A stretch of 64,000 nucleotides of DNA from Candidatus Omnitrophota bacterium (GTDB taxonomy: Bacteria > Omnitrophota > Gorgyraeia > Gygaellales > Profunditerraquicolaceae): NCBI GenBank assembly GCA_016208765.1, contig JACQXK010000001.1, positions 64,218 to 128,217 of the forward strand, in the 5' to 3' direction. The translations under genes and the position numbers were made by a program. The notes under the pieces were generated by a model, which did not search any database, had not been told where the DNA came from, and saw only the letters and a program-made list of their open reading frames with translations. The number at the start of each line of letters is the position of its first letter. Positions within the stretch are counted from its first letter, which is position 1. Below are positions 16,690-26,051 of the stretch, one piece after another.

Positions 16690-16759
16690 TTTGTTTAAAT
16701 AGAAATATAATTATTAAACTATTTTTCGCCTCTTTGAACTTTTTAATTTTTGTTCTTTC

Positions 16760-17650
16760 TTTGAGTAAGGCGGCAAAATTTGCCCGAACCAAATTTTTCC
16801 GGAGCCAAGCGTAGTTGTGAGGCGGGCGTGCCCGCACCACGCCCGCCTCAAAGGTTTAGTCTTAAAATGTTAATCGGGAGAGGCGCATTATGCCGCATCG
16901 CTAGTCTTACTCGTAGATTGCGGCATAGCGGACGAACCTCTCTAAAAAAATTTTGTTTTTAGCTTGTAACAGAGTGTCGGGTGAGGACGCTGTGGCTTGC
17001 GCCGCCCACACCCGGCGCAAGCCACAGCTGCGCCGAACACGCATAAAAATTAGCAAGAAGCGAGCGGCTCCCTAAAGGGACTTCTTCGGCCTGAAGTAAA
17101 CAAAGGTCTTGGTCGCCGCGAGCGCCATTGCGCGCGAGATGTGGGAGTCTCGCCATTCGCCGCTACCGCGGAGAAATGGCGGGACGGTGCATTCTTAGCT
17201 ATTTCCTTATGAACCAGCTTTACCCCGGTATTAGATACAAGCACCCAACGCTAACAGGATTTGCGTTGGTGTCCCGCTGGTGGGGGAAACGGCAAGAGGC
17301 GGGGCAAGCACCTTTGCCTATCGGAAGGCAAAGTATCCCGCTTTCTGCGGGAAGCATTAACATAGCGGCCGAGGTTCTTTCCGGGAAAAGATGTTGTTTG
17401 TGGGGGGCATTAGGAGATGTTTCATTAGGGTTTTACCCCTGTGGATTTACTTGTGGGGAGAGAATCGAACGCTATTTCGCAAAATTCTTTCGAATGGAAG
17501 AATAACAATGACTCCATTTTTTATTTTGAGGACATAAAGCCTCCCAATCTGTCGTAGAATCAACGAGTTGCGCCGGTTCTAACCTGTTGTGGAGGCTTTG
17601 TACGTCTGGGGCGTTGTGGTAGGTGGGAAACGGAAATAATTCATTGAACT
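16760..17650. other. ~0.9 kb GC-rich, ORF-free, heavily hairpinned block (candidate large structured ncRNA or element terminus); strand unknown
   Basis: Base composition is visibly GC-rich against an AT-rich genome. Only short Arg/Gly-rich six-frame ORFs overlap it on both strands. There are multiple long perfect stems: 16819-16849 (12 bp, gaggcgggcgtg/cacgcccgcctc), 16887-16925 (9 bp, tatgccgca/tgcggcata), and 16993-17030 (16 bp, gctgtggcttgcgccg/cggcgcaagccacagc). No tRNA, RNase P (P4) or SRP motifs were found. Confidence 0.4.
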
Positions 17651-17678
17651 TTGCTAATTTTAATACGGAAATTAAATA

Positions 17679-18269
17679 ATGAACAAAAGTGTTTTTAATA
17701 CCGCACAATTCCATGCATGTGTTGACTCGGCGCATAAGCTTGATGATGCCCAGGCAGAAGTTGCTTTTGTGGGCCGATCTAATGTGGGAAAAAGCTCGCT
17801 TATAAATGCGCTTTGTGGCCGTCATTTGCTTGCTAAGGTTTCAAAAACTCCCGGTAAAACTCGCACAATAAATGTATTTTTTATACGCGATGGTAAATGG
17901 ATCGTTGATCTTCCTGGTTATGGTTTTGCTGCTGTTCCGATAAAAGAAAGAAATAACTGGAAGGATATGATTGAGTATTATTTGTCCAATCGGCCTTCAC
18001 TTAAAGCTATTTTTGTTTTAGTTGATGCTTGTGTTGGAGCAACAGCCCTTGACCGACAAATGTTAGCATGGTTAAAAAGTACGGGTATGCCGTATCATAT
18101 TATCGTTAATAAAATTGATCGTATTGCGCAAATAAAGCTTGTTGAACAACGCCAAATTTTGGCCGTAGATTTAAAAGTAATGCCGGAGAGTATTCTTTGG
18201 GTTAGCGCAAAAAAGGGCACAGGCATCAAGGAGTTATATACTATTATATCCAGTTTTCTTGCATTATAA
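17679..18269 (+). CDS. engB: Ribosome-biogenesis GTPase EngB/YihA
   Basis: It has the G1 motif VAFVGRSNVGKSSLINAL, G3 DLPGYG, and G4 NKID. Size is typical at 196 aa. Confidence 0.85.
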   Translation: MNKSVFNTAQFHACVDSAHKLDDAQAEVAFVGRSNVGKSSLINALCGRHLLAKVSKTPGKTRTINVFFIRDGKWIVDLPGYGFAAVPIKERNNWKDMIEYYLSNRPSLKAIFVLVDACVGATALDRQMLAWLKSTGMPYHIIVNKIDRIAQIKLVEQRQILAVDLKVMPESILWVSAKKGTGIKELYTIISSFLAL

Positions 18270-18305
18270 AAGATATCTGGATTAAGTTCTAAATAAAGGA
18301 ATACA

Positions 18306-19628
18306 ATGAAATTCAATGCCGACCAAACAACAACAAGTGATCATCTCCCTGCACATCTTGATATAAATGATGAATTCAAGTCAGCATTTAATCTTATGGA
18401 GTATACCAAAGAATGCCTTTTTATCACAGGTAAGGCTGGTACTGGTAAATCAACTCTTCTAAAATATTTTAAGGCCAATACGGGTAAAAAGATAATTGTG
18501 TTAGCCCCGACAGGTGTCGCGGCCATCAATGTAGGTGGCCAGACTATTCATTCCTTCTTTAGGTTGCCTCCAAAGTTCATTCAAAAAGATACCATAAAGC
18601 GCCTTAGAGACAGGGGCCTGATTGAGAACCTTGATATGGTAATAATAGACGAGGTATCAATGGTTCGCTCAGATCTTATGGATGGGATTGACCATGCATT
18701 ACGTCTCAACCGCGGTAAAATGAAGGCGCCGTTTGGCGGAGTACAAATGGTATTCTTTGGAGACCTTTTTCAGTTATCTCCCGTGGTTCAGAATGAAGCA
18801 AGGGAGATATTGGAAGAGCGATATTCAAGTCCTTATTTTTTTAGCGCTAAAGTGTTTGACGATTTCAATATCAGGCCCCTCGAGTTGTCGACTATATATA
18901 GACAAAAAGATAGTTCGTTCATGGAACTTTTAAATAGGGTTAGGAACAAGGAGCACACTAAAGAGGATCTGAAGATATTAAATAATAGGGTCCAAGAAAA
19001 TACAGCGGTTTTTAAGAAGGATGAGACGGTGATCCTGACAACGACGAACAGTTTGGCAAACGCAATAAATCAGGAGCGCTTATCAAAACTTCCCGGTAAA
19101 GAGATCACATACGAGGCTGTGGCATGCGGGAAATTTGAAGAGTCGGCATATCCGACTGATGCATCCTTAAAACTCAAAAAGGGCGCGCAGGTAATGCTCT
19201 TAAAAAATGATCCCGACAAACAATGGGTCAACGGTACGCTTGCCAAAGTCGCCGTTTTATCAAAAGGTTCAATAGTCGTGGATATCAACGGGAGTACATT
19301 TGATGTCCCCGTTGTCAAATGGCAGAAGATTGAGTATAGTTACAACGAGGATGAAGATAAGATAGAAGATAAGGTTGTGGGGGATTTCGCGCAATATCCC
19401 ATAAAGCTTGCTTGGGCCATAACTATCCACAAAAGCCAGGGTCAAACTTTCGATAGGGTCATAATTGACCTGGGGCATGGAGCATTTACTCATGGCCAGT
19501 TATATGTCGCACTTAGCAGATGCACCTGTTTGGATGGCATAAGGTTTAAGCGTCCGGTAATCCACGGCGACATCATATTTGACCGGCGTATCTATGAGTT
19601 TAAGGAGCGGTTCGTCAGTTTATTTTAA
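18306..19628 (+). CDS. pif1: PIF1-family (RecD-like) ATP-dependent DNA helicase
   Basis: It has Walker A ITGKAGTGKST, the PIF1 motifs LAPTGVAAINVGGQTIHS and IIDEVSMV, and C-terminal ITIHKSQGQTFD. It is 440 aa, as for bacterial Pif1. Confidence 0.75.
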   Translation: MKFNADQTTTSDHLPAHLDINDEFKSAFNLMEYTKECLFITGKAGTGKSTLLKYFKANTGKKIIVLAPTGVAAINVGGQTIHSFFRLPPKFIQKDTIKRLRDRGLIENLDMVIIDEVSMVRSDLMDGIDHALRLNRGKMKAPFGGVQMVFFGDLFQLSPVVQNEAREILEERYSSPYFFSAKVFDDFNIRPLELSTIYRQKDSSFMELLNRVRNKEHTKEDLKILNNRVQENTAVFKKDETVILTTTNSLANAINQERLSKLPGKEITYEAVACGKFEESAYPTDASLKLKKGAQVMLLKNDPDKQWVNGTLAKVAVLSKGSIVVDINGSTFDVPVVKWQKIEYSYNEDEDKIEDKVVGDFAQYPIKLAWAITIHKSQGQTFDRVIIDLGHGAFTHGQLYVALSRCTCLDGIRFKRPVIHGDIIFDRRIYEFKERFVSLF

Positions 19629-19697
19629 TTGTTCGTTTTTCTACATGATTGTTTTCCCTCTAGAATTCCAGGGATAAAATATTAAATTACAATACTT

Positions 19698-21008
19698 ATG
19701 AATACAAGAGCCCTGCTTTTTAATTTACCTCCTTTGGGAGGCGATCTTTTTCCTATATCTCTAGGTTATATTGCCGCAAGCCTGGCCAAGCATAACATTG
19801 ATTCAGTTATTGCTGAAATAGATTCGCTTACTATTTTTACGGATAAGTCGATCAGCAGGTTTGTGGTTAAATATAAACCTGCGGTAGTGGGTTTGGCGGT
19901 ATATCAAGTTAATATCCGTCTGGCAATGCAATTGACAAAGCTGATCAAAATGTGTGATCCGTCTATCGTGGTTGTTTTGGGTGGCCCTCAGGCGACTTTT
20001 ATGCCTGGCCGGGCATTAATGCAGATGCCTGATGTTGATGTGATCATTCGGGGAGAAGGGGAAGTGGTGATGCCTGCCCTTATTAATTGCTTGGAGAAGC
20101 AGGGAGATATCACAAAAGTAAAAGGTATAGCATTCCGACTAGAGGGTGAGGTCTATGAAACAGCCTCTCAGCCGTTTGTCCGTAACTTGGATACATTTCC
20201 TTCTCCTTATCAGACAGGCGTATTCCGTTGGAGCGATCATACCGGAGCGGCGATGCTCACTTCCCGCGGTTGCACTTATAACTGTAATTTTTGTTATACC
20301 CCGCGAGCTTTTAACCGGACTATCCGGGTGCATTCGACTCGCCGCGTGCTCGCAGATATGAATATCTGCGTTAAGAACGGGATCCGTAGATTTTTCTTTG
20401 CTGATCCTTCTTTTACCTTTGATAAGAAACGGGTCAGGGCGATCATGCGAGGCATCATTAAGAAACGCTGGGAAATTGAGATATGGTGTGAGACGCGCGC
20501 TGAATTAGTGGACGCGGACCTGCTTAATCTTATGGCCAGCGCAGGGGTGAAATATCTTGCTTATGGCCTGGAGTCAGTTGATCCGGTGGTAAACAGGGCG
20601 ATTAATAAACGGATCGATCTGCGTCAGTTTGAAGAGACCATTAAATTAACTCAATCCGCTGGTATTGAAGCTGAGGTTTTTACTTTGTATGGCCTGCCAA
20701 AACAGACGCGGCAGTCATGCCTTGAGACCTTGAATTTTTTGCAGGATTTAGGCGTTAAGATCATTGGTAATTCTGCCGGTCAGCAGTTAATTCTTTTTTT
20801 CGGCACGGATGTTCTGGATAATCCGCGGAAATACGGTATCCGTTTGTTCAAAAAATTCCGGCCGCTGTATTTTTCAGCGGGCGCTGATTTTGAGACCGAT
20901 TGGATGACAACTCGGGATATTGCTTTTGTAGCCAGAAAATACGAGTCTGCTTCTACGGGTAAAAATTCCCGCGGAAAAGGGTGTATAAGTTTGCTAACCG
21001 GTAAATGA
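19698..21008 (+). CDS. B12-binding-domain radical SAM protein
   Basis: It has an N-terminal cobalamin-binding Rossmann region (VVVLGGPQATF...) and a CTYNCNFC radical-SAM cluster motif. Confidence 0.75.
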   Translation: MNTRALLFNLPPLGGDLFPISLGYIAASLAKHNIDSVIAEIDSLTIFTDKSISRFVVKYKPAVVGLAVYQVNIRLAMQLTKLIKMCDPSIVVVLGGPQATFMPGRALMQMPDVDVIIRGEGEVVMPALINCLEKQGDITKVKGIAFRLEGEVYETASQPFVRNLDTFPSPYQTGVFRWSDHTGAAMLTSRGCTYNCNFCYTPRAFNRTIRVHSTRRVLADMNICVKNGIRRFFFADPSFTFDKKRVRAIMRGIIKKRWEIEIWCETRAELVDADLLNLMASAGVKYLAYGLESVDPVVNRAINKRIDLRQFEETIKLTQSAGIEAEVFTLYGLPKQTRQSCLETLNFLQDLGVKIIGNSAGQQLILFFGTDVLDNPRKYGIRLFKKFRPLYFSAGADFETDWMTTRDIAFVARKYESASTGKNSRGKGCISLLTGK

Positions 21009-21303
21009 AAAACAGCTGTTTATCGTCAATATCCGGACAAAACGGACATTCCTGCTTCGCCTTCGGCTTAGCAGGATTTTGCTAGATAGAAGCTTAATGT
21101 GCTCAATTTCGCGAGGAATTATTTCTATAGATTCAGAATATTCTTGATATATTGAGGTATTACGCATATAATTAGGCTAATAAATTTGTAGAGGTTTTGC
21201 TTCGGCTCATAAGAGAGGGATCTTGATACTTTCTCAAGTTTTAACTTATATCTAAGTAACCGAAAATTGCTATTTCCTTAAAATAAATTGGGAATAGAGA
21301 GTT

Positions 21304-21398
21304 GAAGAATTAGTAATTACAAAGCAAATATTTTAAGCCAGAAAGCCGGACTTGTTTTGCAATTCTGTGATAATTAGAAGTTTATATAAATCTTCTGT
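21304..21398. repeat. Copy B of the ~95-nt conserved intergenic element
   Basis: It aligns with 15125-15215 (ATTACAAAGCAAATATTTTAAGCCAGAAAGCCGGACTTGTTTTGCAAT...GATAATTAGAAGTTTATATAAA). It lies about 60 nt upstream of the FGE-domain gene. Confidence 0.7.
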
Positions 21399-21458
21399 TA
21401 TATTGTCGAGTCACGCCGAACACAGTAGTTTAGTTTTAGAGAAGGAGGGTTAAGCAAG

Positions 21459-22283
21459 ATGACAATAAGCATGCGGGAAAAAAAGTTAGTCTTAGATTTG
21501 GGTGATAGCGTAAAGATGGATTTGGTGCAGATTCCTGCGGGAAAGTTTCTGATGGGCTCTCCTGAAACTGAGAAGGGGCACAGCATTTATGAAGGGCCGC
21601 AGCACGAGGTAACTTTTGCTAAGCCTTTTTATATGAGTGCTTATCTGGTAACAAGGGCACAATGGGTCCAGATAATGGGTGGCGACCCTAGTGAATGTTC
21701 AAAACACCACAAAGCTCGTTTTCTTCATCCAGAGCATTTGGGGCAGATGGTGGCTGGCGACCCCAGCCAGATGCCGGGTAAATCTGATCAGCCGGTAGAT
21801 AGCGTAAGTTGGAAGGATGCCCAGGAATTTTGTTCAAAGGTAAGTGCTTTGATTGGTAAAAATGTCCGCCTGCCTAGTGAGGCAGAATGGGAATATGCCT
21901 GTCGGGCCGGGTCAACTACCCGTTTTTGCTTCGGAGATGATTCTGATGGCAGCAAGTTAACCGAATATGCCTGGTTTACCGCCAATAGCGACGATTATAC
22001 ATATCCCGTAGGCCAGAAGAAGCCCAATGCCTGGGGATTATACGATATGCATGGCAATGTCGTGGAGTGGTGCCAGGATGGGCTTCACTATACTTACGAT
22101 GGTGCGCCAAAGGACGGCAGCGTTTGGGAGATTGATGCAAAAGTAACTCCATCGGGGGTTTGCCGCATGATGCGCGGCGGGTGCAACAATAGCCATGCCG
22201 AGGGTTGCCGTTCAGCAGGTCGCGACTGGGGCCCTTGTAAAAACCGCTGTGGCGATGTTGGTTTCAGAGTAGTCGTCTGGTAA
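21459..22283 (+). CDS. Formylglycine-generating-enzyme (FGE/SUMF1)-sulfatase-domain protein
   Basis: The DMHGNVVEWCQD (GNVxEW) motif, the RGGS/RGGC region, and the WKDAQEFCSK...RLPSEAEWEYACRAG motif are hallmarks of the FGE-sulfatase domain. The gene is visibly more GC-rich than its neighbours. Confidence 0.75.
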   Translation: MTISMREKKLVLDLGDSVKMDLVQIPAGKFLMGSPETEKGHSIYEGPQHEVTFAKPFYMSAYLVTRAQWVQIMGGDPSECSKHHKARFLHPEHLGQMVAGDPSQMPGKSDQPVDSVSWKDAQEFCSKVSALIGKNVRLPSEAEWEYACRAGSTTRFCFGDDSDGSKLTEYAWFTANSDDYTYPVGQKKPNAWGLYDMHGNVVEWCQDGLHYTYDGAPKDGSVWEIDAKVTPSGVCRMMRGGCNNSHAEGCRSAGRDWGPCKNRCGDVGFRVVVW

Positions 22284-22337
22284 CTTCTAATTTCGGAATA
22301 CTAAGAATATAAGGCGTTTTAAATAACCAACTGTAAA

Positions 22338-22397
22338 GTCAGGAATTACAAAACAAATATTTAGAAATAGAAAGTTGTGTTTGAATAGTTAGCAAGA
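22338..22397. repeat. Copy C (degenerate/partial) of the ~95-nt intergenic element
   Basis: GTCAGGAATTACAAAACAAATATTTAGAAATAGAAA matches copy A at 30 of 33 positions. The remainder is eroded. Confidence 0.55.
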
Positions 22398-22506
22398 AGC
22401 CAGCCGTCCAAGGCTGACGGATCGGCTTGGTTATTTCCCTCCGTAAATATTAATTTCCAACTTAATCTTAAGATTGTCTTGACATAGGGCCAGTGTTAAT
22501 GTACAC

Positions 22507-22527
22507 TATATGTATATCTCACATATA
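22507..22527 (+). promoter_or_regulatory. Perfect inverted repeat TATATGT-N7-ACATATA between a promoter-like TTGACA-N17-TACACT and the padR RBS; candidate PadR autoregulatory operator
   Basis: The palindrome is seen directly. PadR regulators bind ATGT-N(7-8)-ACAT-type inverted repeats overlapping their own promoters. Confidence 0.5.
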
Positions 22528-22556
22528 TGAAAGAATAATTAAAAGGAGAAAACAAT

Positions 22557-22958
22557 ATGTTTGAAAATGGCCATCTGGCGAAGAAATATAAAATTAAGAA
22601 GTGCGAATGCCCGAGTGGGAAGATGATGCGGTTTGTGGAGCCGTGCCTTTTGTTTTTTATTTCTCAACATGTTTCTTACGGCTACGAGTTAATGGCTAAA
22701 CTGGATAGGTTCGGATTCCCTAAAGCTAATCCTGACCCGGCGATGGTGTATAGAACGCTTCGTTACCTGGAAAAGGAAGGTTTTGTTTTATCAAGGTGGG
22801 ATACAAAGGGCGCAGGTCCCGCAAAAAGGATTTATGAGTTAACGCAGAAAGGCTTAGGGCTACTTCATCTGTGGGCGCAGAGCATTGCAACGAGAAAGAA
22901 GGTCCTAGGAAAGTTTCTGGCGCTATATGATGAGCGTTTTAAAGATAAAAAGAAATAA
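22557..22958 (+). CDS. padR: PadR-family transcriptional regulator
   Basis: It has a winged-HTH with the PadR signature (SYGYELMAKL...MVYRTLRYLEKEGFV...RIYELTQKG). Confidence 0.7.
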   Translation: MFENGHLAKKYKIKKCECPSGKMMRFVEPCLLFFISQHVSYGYELMAKLDRFGFPKANPDPAMVYRTLRYLEKEGFVLSRWDTKGAGPAKRIYELTQKGLGLLHLWAQSIATRKKVLGKFLALYDERFKDKKK

Positions 22959-22980
22959 ACCAGGGACCAAGGAGGTTTAC

Positions 22981-24096
22981 GTGAAAAAATTGATTTTTGC
23001 CTTGTTTTTAGTCATCTCGCTATCCGGGATAGCATTTGCAGGCAGTTTCTTATTCCGCGGTAAAACAGAAAATAAATTTTCATACGAGACAGTGGATGTA
23101 AAAAAGAAAAATATCGGCTCATCTATTCTTGCAACCGGCTCGGTAAAGCCCATTATTGGCGCAGAGGTTAAAGTGGGCGCACGTATTTCTGGAAAGGTTG
23201 AGCACCTTTATGCCAATATCGGAGATAAGATTGAAAAAGATCAAGTCATAGCTGAATTAGAAAAAAGAGATCTGGAGGCTCAAGTAGCTTTAGGCGAAGC
23301 TAATCTTAAGGCGTCAGAGGCCGGGGTTGGCGTGTCCAAGGCGTCATTCTGGCCAGCGTTAAGTGCTGAGACAGATTATGGAGCGCAAGGCACAACATAT
23401 TTTCCCCAAACGGGCCAGAATTTTGCCGGCCTAAAAGTAACCATGCCGATTTTTAACGGTCAGGATTTATATACAATTAAACAGTCAAAGGCAACTAAAG
23501 AAGCTACCAAGGCCGCACTTGATTACGCTAAAGTTCAATTATCGTATGCGACTATTACGAGCCCTATTTCCGGAGTTATCGCTTCAGTAAGCACTCAGGA
23601 AGGAGAGACCGTTGCTGCCGGACTTCTTGCGCCTACGTTTGTCACAATAATCGACCTTTCAAGACTTCAAGTTGATGCCTTTGTGGATGAGACTGATATC
23701 GGCCGGGTTAAGGTGGGACAGAAGGCGGTATTTACTGTTGATACTTATCCGGATAAAGAATTTACCGGCAAAGTAAGGGCAATTTATCCAAAAGCTATTA
23801 TTCAGGAGAACGTGGTTAACTTTGACGTCGTCATTGAGATTGATGATCCGGATATTGAGCTTCTGCGGCCTGATATGACTACTAGTGTGACCATCTATCA
23901 GGAAGAAAGAACAGGGGTATTGGTGATTCCTCGTTCGGCAGTTGTTAAGGAAGAGAATGAAAAGTTTGTTTTTGTAAAGGAGCCTTCCGGATATTTTGAG
24001 AAAAAAGAGATTAAAACCGGCATACAAAGCGGAAAAGATATTGAGGTGATCTCCGGCCTTAAAGAAGGTGACGTTATCGGTATTAAACGGGAATAA
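22981..24096 (+). CDS. macA: Efflux membrane-fusion protein (HlyD/MacA family periplasmic adaptor)
   Basis: It has an N-terminal TM anchor and a biotinyl-lipoyl-like hairpin region. The GTG start at 22981 has a strong RBS (aaggagg). The ORF-track ATG at 22927 lies inside padR and lacks an RBS. Confidence 0.75.
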   Translation: MKKLIFALFLVISLSGIAFAGSFLFRGKTENKFSYETVDVKKKNIGSSILATGSVKPIIGAEVKVGARISGKVEHLYANIGDKIEKDQVIAELEKRDLEAQVALGEANLKASEAGVGVSKASFWPALSAETDYGAQGTTYFPQTGQNFAGLKVTMPIFNGQDLYTIKQSKATKEATKAALDYAKVQLSYATITSPISGVIASVSTQEGETVAAGLLAPTFVTIIDLSRLQVDAFVDETDIGRVKVGQKAVFTVDTYPDKEFTGKVRAIYPKAIIQENVVNFDVVIEIDDPDIELLRPDMTTSVTIYQEERTGVLVIPRSAVVKEENEKFVFVKEPSGYFEKKEIKTGIQSGKDIEVISGLKEGDVIGIKRE

Positions 24097-24110
24097 GAAG
24101 GGGGATTTCG

Positions 24111-24788
24111 ATGATAGAGTTTAACGATATTGCCAAATCTTTTACGAGCGGCGCGATAAAAACAGAAGTTCTTAAGGGGGTTTCTTTTAAGGTAGATAAG
24201 GGAGAGTTTGTTTCTATTATGGCGCCTTCAGGGACAGGCAAGACTACTTTGTTGAATGTCCTTGGATGTTTAATGAAAGCAACGAGCGGTTCATATTTAT
24301 TTGAGGGGCGGGATATTGAGACTTTAAATGACGATCAGCTTTCCGAAATCAGGAATAAGAAGATAGGCTTTGTTTTTCAGACATTCAATCTTTTGGAGAA
24401 AACAAGCGCGCTTGATAATGTGCTTTTGCCTCTTGTGTATTCGGATATATATCCTGCCGACGCCTCAAAAAAAGCCGTGGGGCTTTTAGAAGCAGTAGGC
24501 TTAAAAGAAAGGGTTCATTATAAACCGAATGAGCTTTCCGGAGGCCAGCAGCAGAGAGTTGCGATTGCCCGCGCCCTTATCAATGATCCTGCGGTTATTT
24601 TTGCAGATGAGCCTACGGGTAATTTGGATAGCGCATCAGCAAAGGAAATTATGGAAATATTTAAGTCATTGCACAGCCAGGGCAGGACGATCATTGTGGT
24701 TACGCATGATAGCGGTATTGCCCGGCAGGCCGAAAGGGCTATATATTTAAAAGACGGCAGGGTTGATAAGGAAGAGGTGCTGAAATGA
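24111..24788 (+). CDS. macB: ABC transporter ATP-binding protein, MacB/LolD family
   Basis: It has Walker [10 protein letters not shown], the signature [15 protein letters not shown], and Walker [12 protein letters not shown]. Confidence 0.85.
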   Translation: MIEFNDIAKSFTSGAIKTEVLKGVSFKVDKGEFVSIMAPSGTGKTTLLNVLGCLMKATSGSYLFEGRDIETLNDDQLSEIRNKKIGFVFQTFNLLEKTSALDNVLLPLVYSDIYPADASKKAVGLLEAVGLKERVHYKPNELSGGQQQRVAIARALINDPAVIFADEPTGNLDSASAKEIMEIFKSLHSQGRTIIVVTHDSGIARQAERAIYLKDGRVDKEEVLK

Positions 24789-24818
24789 CCCGTTTGATTA
24801 CGCTCAGGGCCATCCTGA

Positions 24819-26051
24819 GTGACTGAAAGGAATCGAAGGATGAAAATATTCAGGATTACCAGTGTCTCTTTGGGTGCCGTAGTAAAGCATAAGGTGCGCA
24901 CGCTTCTTATTGTATTAGCTATTGTGGTCGGTATTGCCACACTTACCGTGATCGTGGCTTTGACGCAAGGCGCCAATAAAACAATCTTACAGCGTATAAA
25001 TAATTTCGGTCCGGATGCGATCATGATTCATTCCGGTGGCGGGCAGATGCGGGGGCCTTCAACAGTTTCTGAGGCCAACCTGACAAAAAAAGATATAGCT
25101 GACATTGAGAATATCGACGGGGTAAGGCTGGTTTCACCTTTCCAAGTATCTCTGGATATGCCGGTAAAATACGGCAACAAGTTTACTACCTCGTGGGTTT
25201 TTGGGGTTGAACAAAACTGGCAGGAGACATGGAGAAGGGGCGCCTTAAAGGGGGATTTTATTTCCGATTCGGACAATGAGCAGCTTTCCAAGGTTTGTGT
25301 TATTGGACAAACGGCGGCAAGGGACCTCTTTGGTGATGTCAACCCAATTGGCGAAGATATCATGATTGAGAATGTTTCTTTTAAGATTGTCGGGATTTTG
25401 AAGAAAGCGGGACAATCTCCTATCGGGACTGATTTTGATAATCTTATTCTTATTCCATTTACAACGGCTTCCCGAAGGCTGATGAACCAGTCCCTTTATA
25501 TCAGTATGGCAAGGACGGTTGTTTATCGTTCCTCACAGATAAAAAATGTTACTAAAAAGATACGAGAAATTCTTCGGGAGAATCACCATCTTTCTGTTAC
25601 AGAAGAGGATGACTTTAAGATTACAAGCCCTGAGGAAATAACCAAAATGATTAAAAGCACTTCCGAGACCCTTGCTTTATTTTTGTGGCTTGTGGGAATT
25701 ATCTCGCCACTTGTCGGAGGCATTGTACTTATGAATATTATGCTCATGGCGGTTTCGGAGCGTAAAAGAGAGATTGGTTTAAGAAGGGCAGTGGGTGCCA
25801 AGAAAAAACATATTATTTTTCAATTTCTCGCAGAGTCTCTTATGCTTACCTTTACTGGCGGTTTATTCGGGGTTGTTATCGGTTTTGCGGTTTCCTTTAT
25901 ATTTAGCTTTTTCGGCAAACCTATTAGCATCAGCTGGCAGCCGTTTGCGGTCGCATTTATATTTTCAAGCCTTATCGGGTTGATTTTTGGTATTTATCCG
26001 GCAAGAAAAGCGGCATCTCTTGATCCGGCAAGCGCCTTAAGCCAAAAATGA
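24819..26051 (+). CDS. ABC transporter permease, MacB-like (periplasmic core domain + FtsX 4-TM domain)
   Basis: It has an N-terminal TM, a large periplasmic domain, and a C-terminal FtsX-like TM bundle. It lies in an operon with macA and the ATPase. Confidence 0.75.
   Translation: MTERNRRMKIFRITSVSLGAVVKHKVRTLLIVLAIVVGIATLTVIVALTQGANKTILQRINNFGPDAIMIHSGGGQMRGPSTVSEANLTKKDIADIENIDGVRLVSPFQVSLDMPVKYGNKFTTSWVFGVEQNWQETWRRGALKGDFISDSDNEQLSKVCVIGQTAARDLFGDVNPIGEDIMIENVSFKIVGILKKAGQSPIGTDFDNLILIPFTTASRRLMNQSLYISMARTVVYRSSQIKNVTKKIREILRENHHLSVTEEDDFKITSPEEITKMIKSTSETLALFLWLVGIISPLVGGIVLMNIMLMAVSERKREIGLRRAVGAKKKHIIFQFLAESLMLTFTGGLFGVVIGFAVSFIFSFFGKPISISWQPFAVAFIFSSLIGLIFGIYPARKAASLDPASALSQK

Noticed and set aside
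16760-17650. RNase P RNA, SRP RNA, or group II intron as identity of the GC-rich block
   Set aside because: I could not find the conserved P4 strands (AGGAAAGTCCGGGCT / ACAGAA.CCGGCTTA) or the GGUAAGAGCGCACC region of RNase P. I could not find the SRP domain IV motif or a group II domain V-like hairpin on either strand. An ATTAGATAC match to a 16S motif is only 9 nt and isolated.
16780-17825. Short ORFs within and overlapping the GC-rich block (16780..16962 +, 16959..17156 -, 17050..17244 -, 17128..17505 +, 17472..17825 -)
   Set aside because: They lie on both strands, overlap each other, and are Arg/Gly/Pro-rich as expected from GC-rich non-coding sequence. They have no RBS. The last one overlaps the well-supported engB on the opposite strand.
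22927-22980. ORF-track ATG start (22927) for the membrane-fusion protein
   Set aside because: It lies inside the padR coding region and has no RBS. A GTG at 22981 is preceded by AAGGAGG at ideal spacing, and translation from there begins with the TM anchor.
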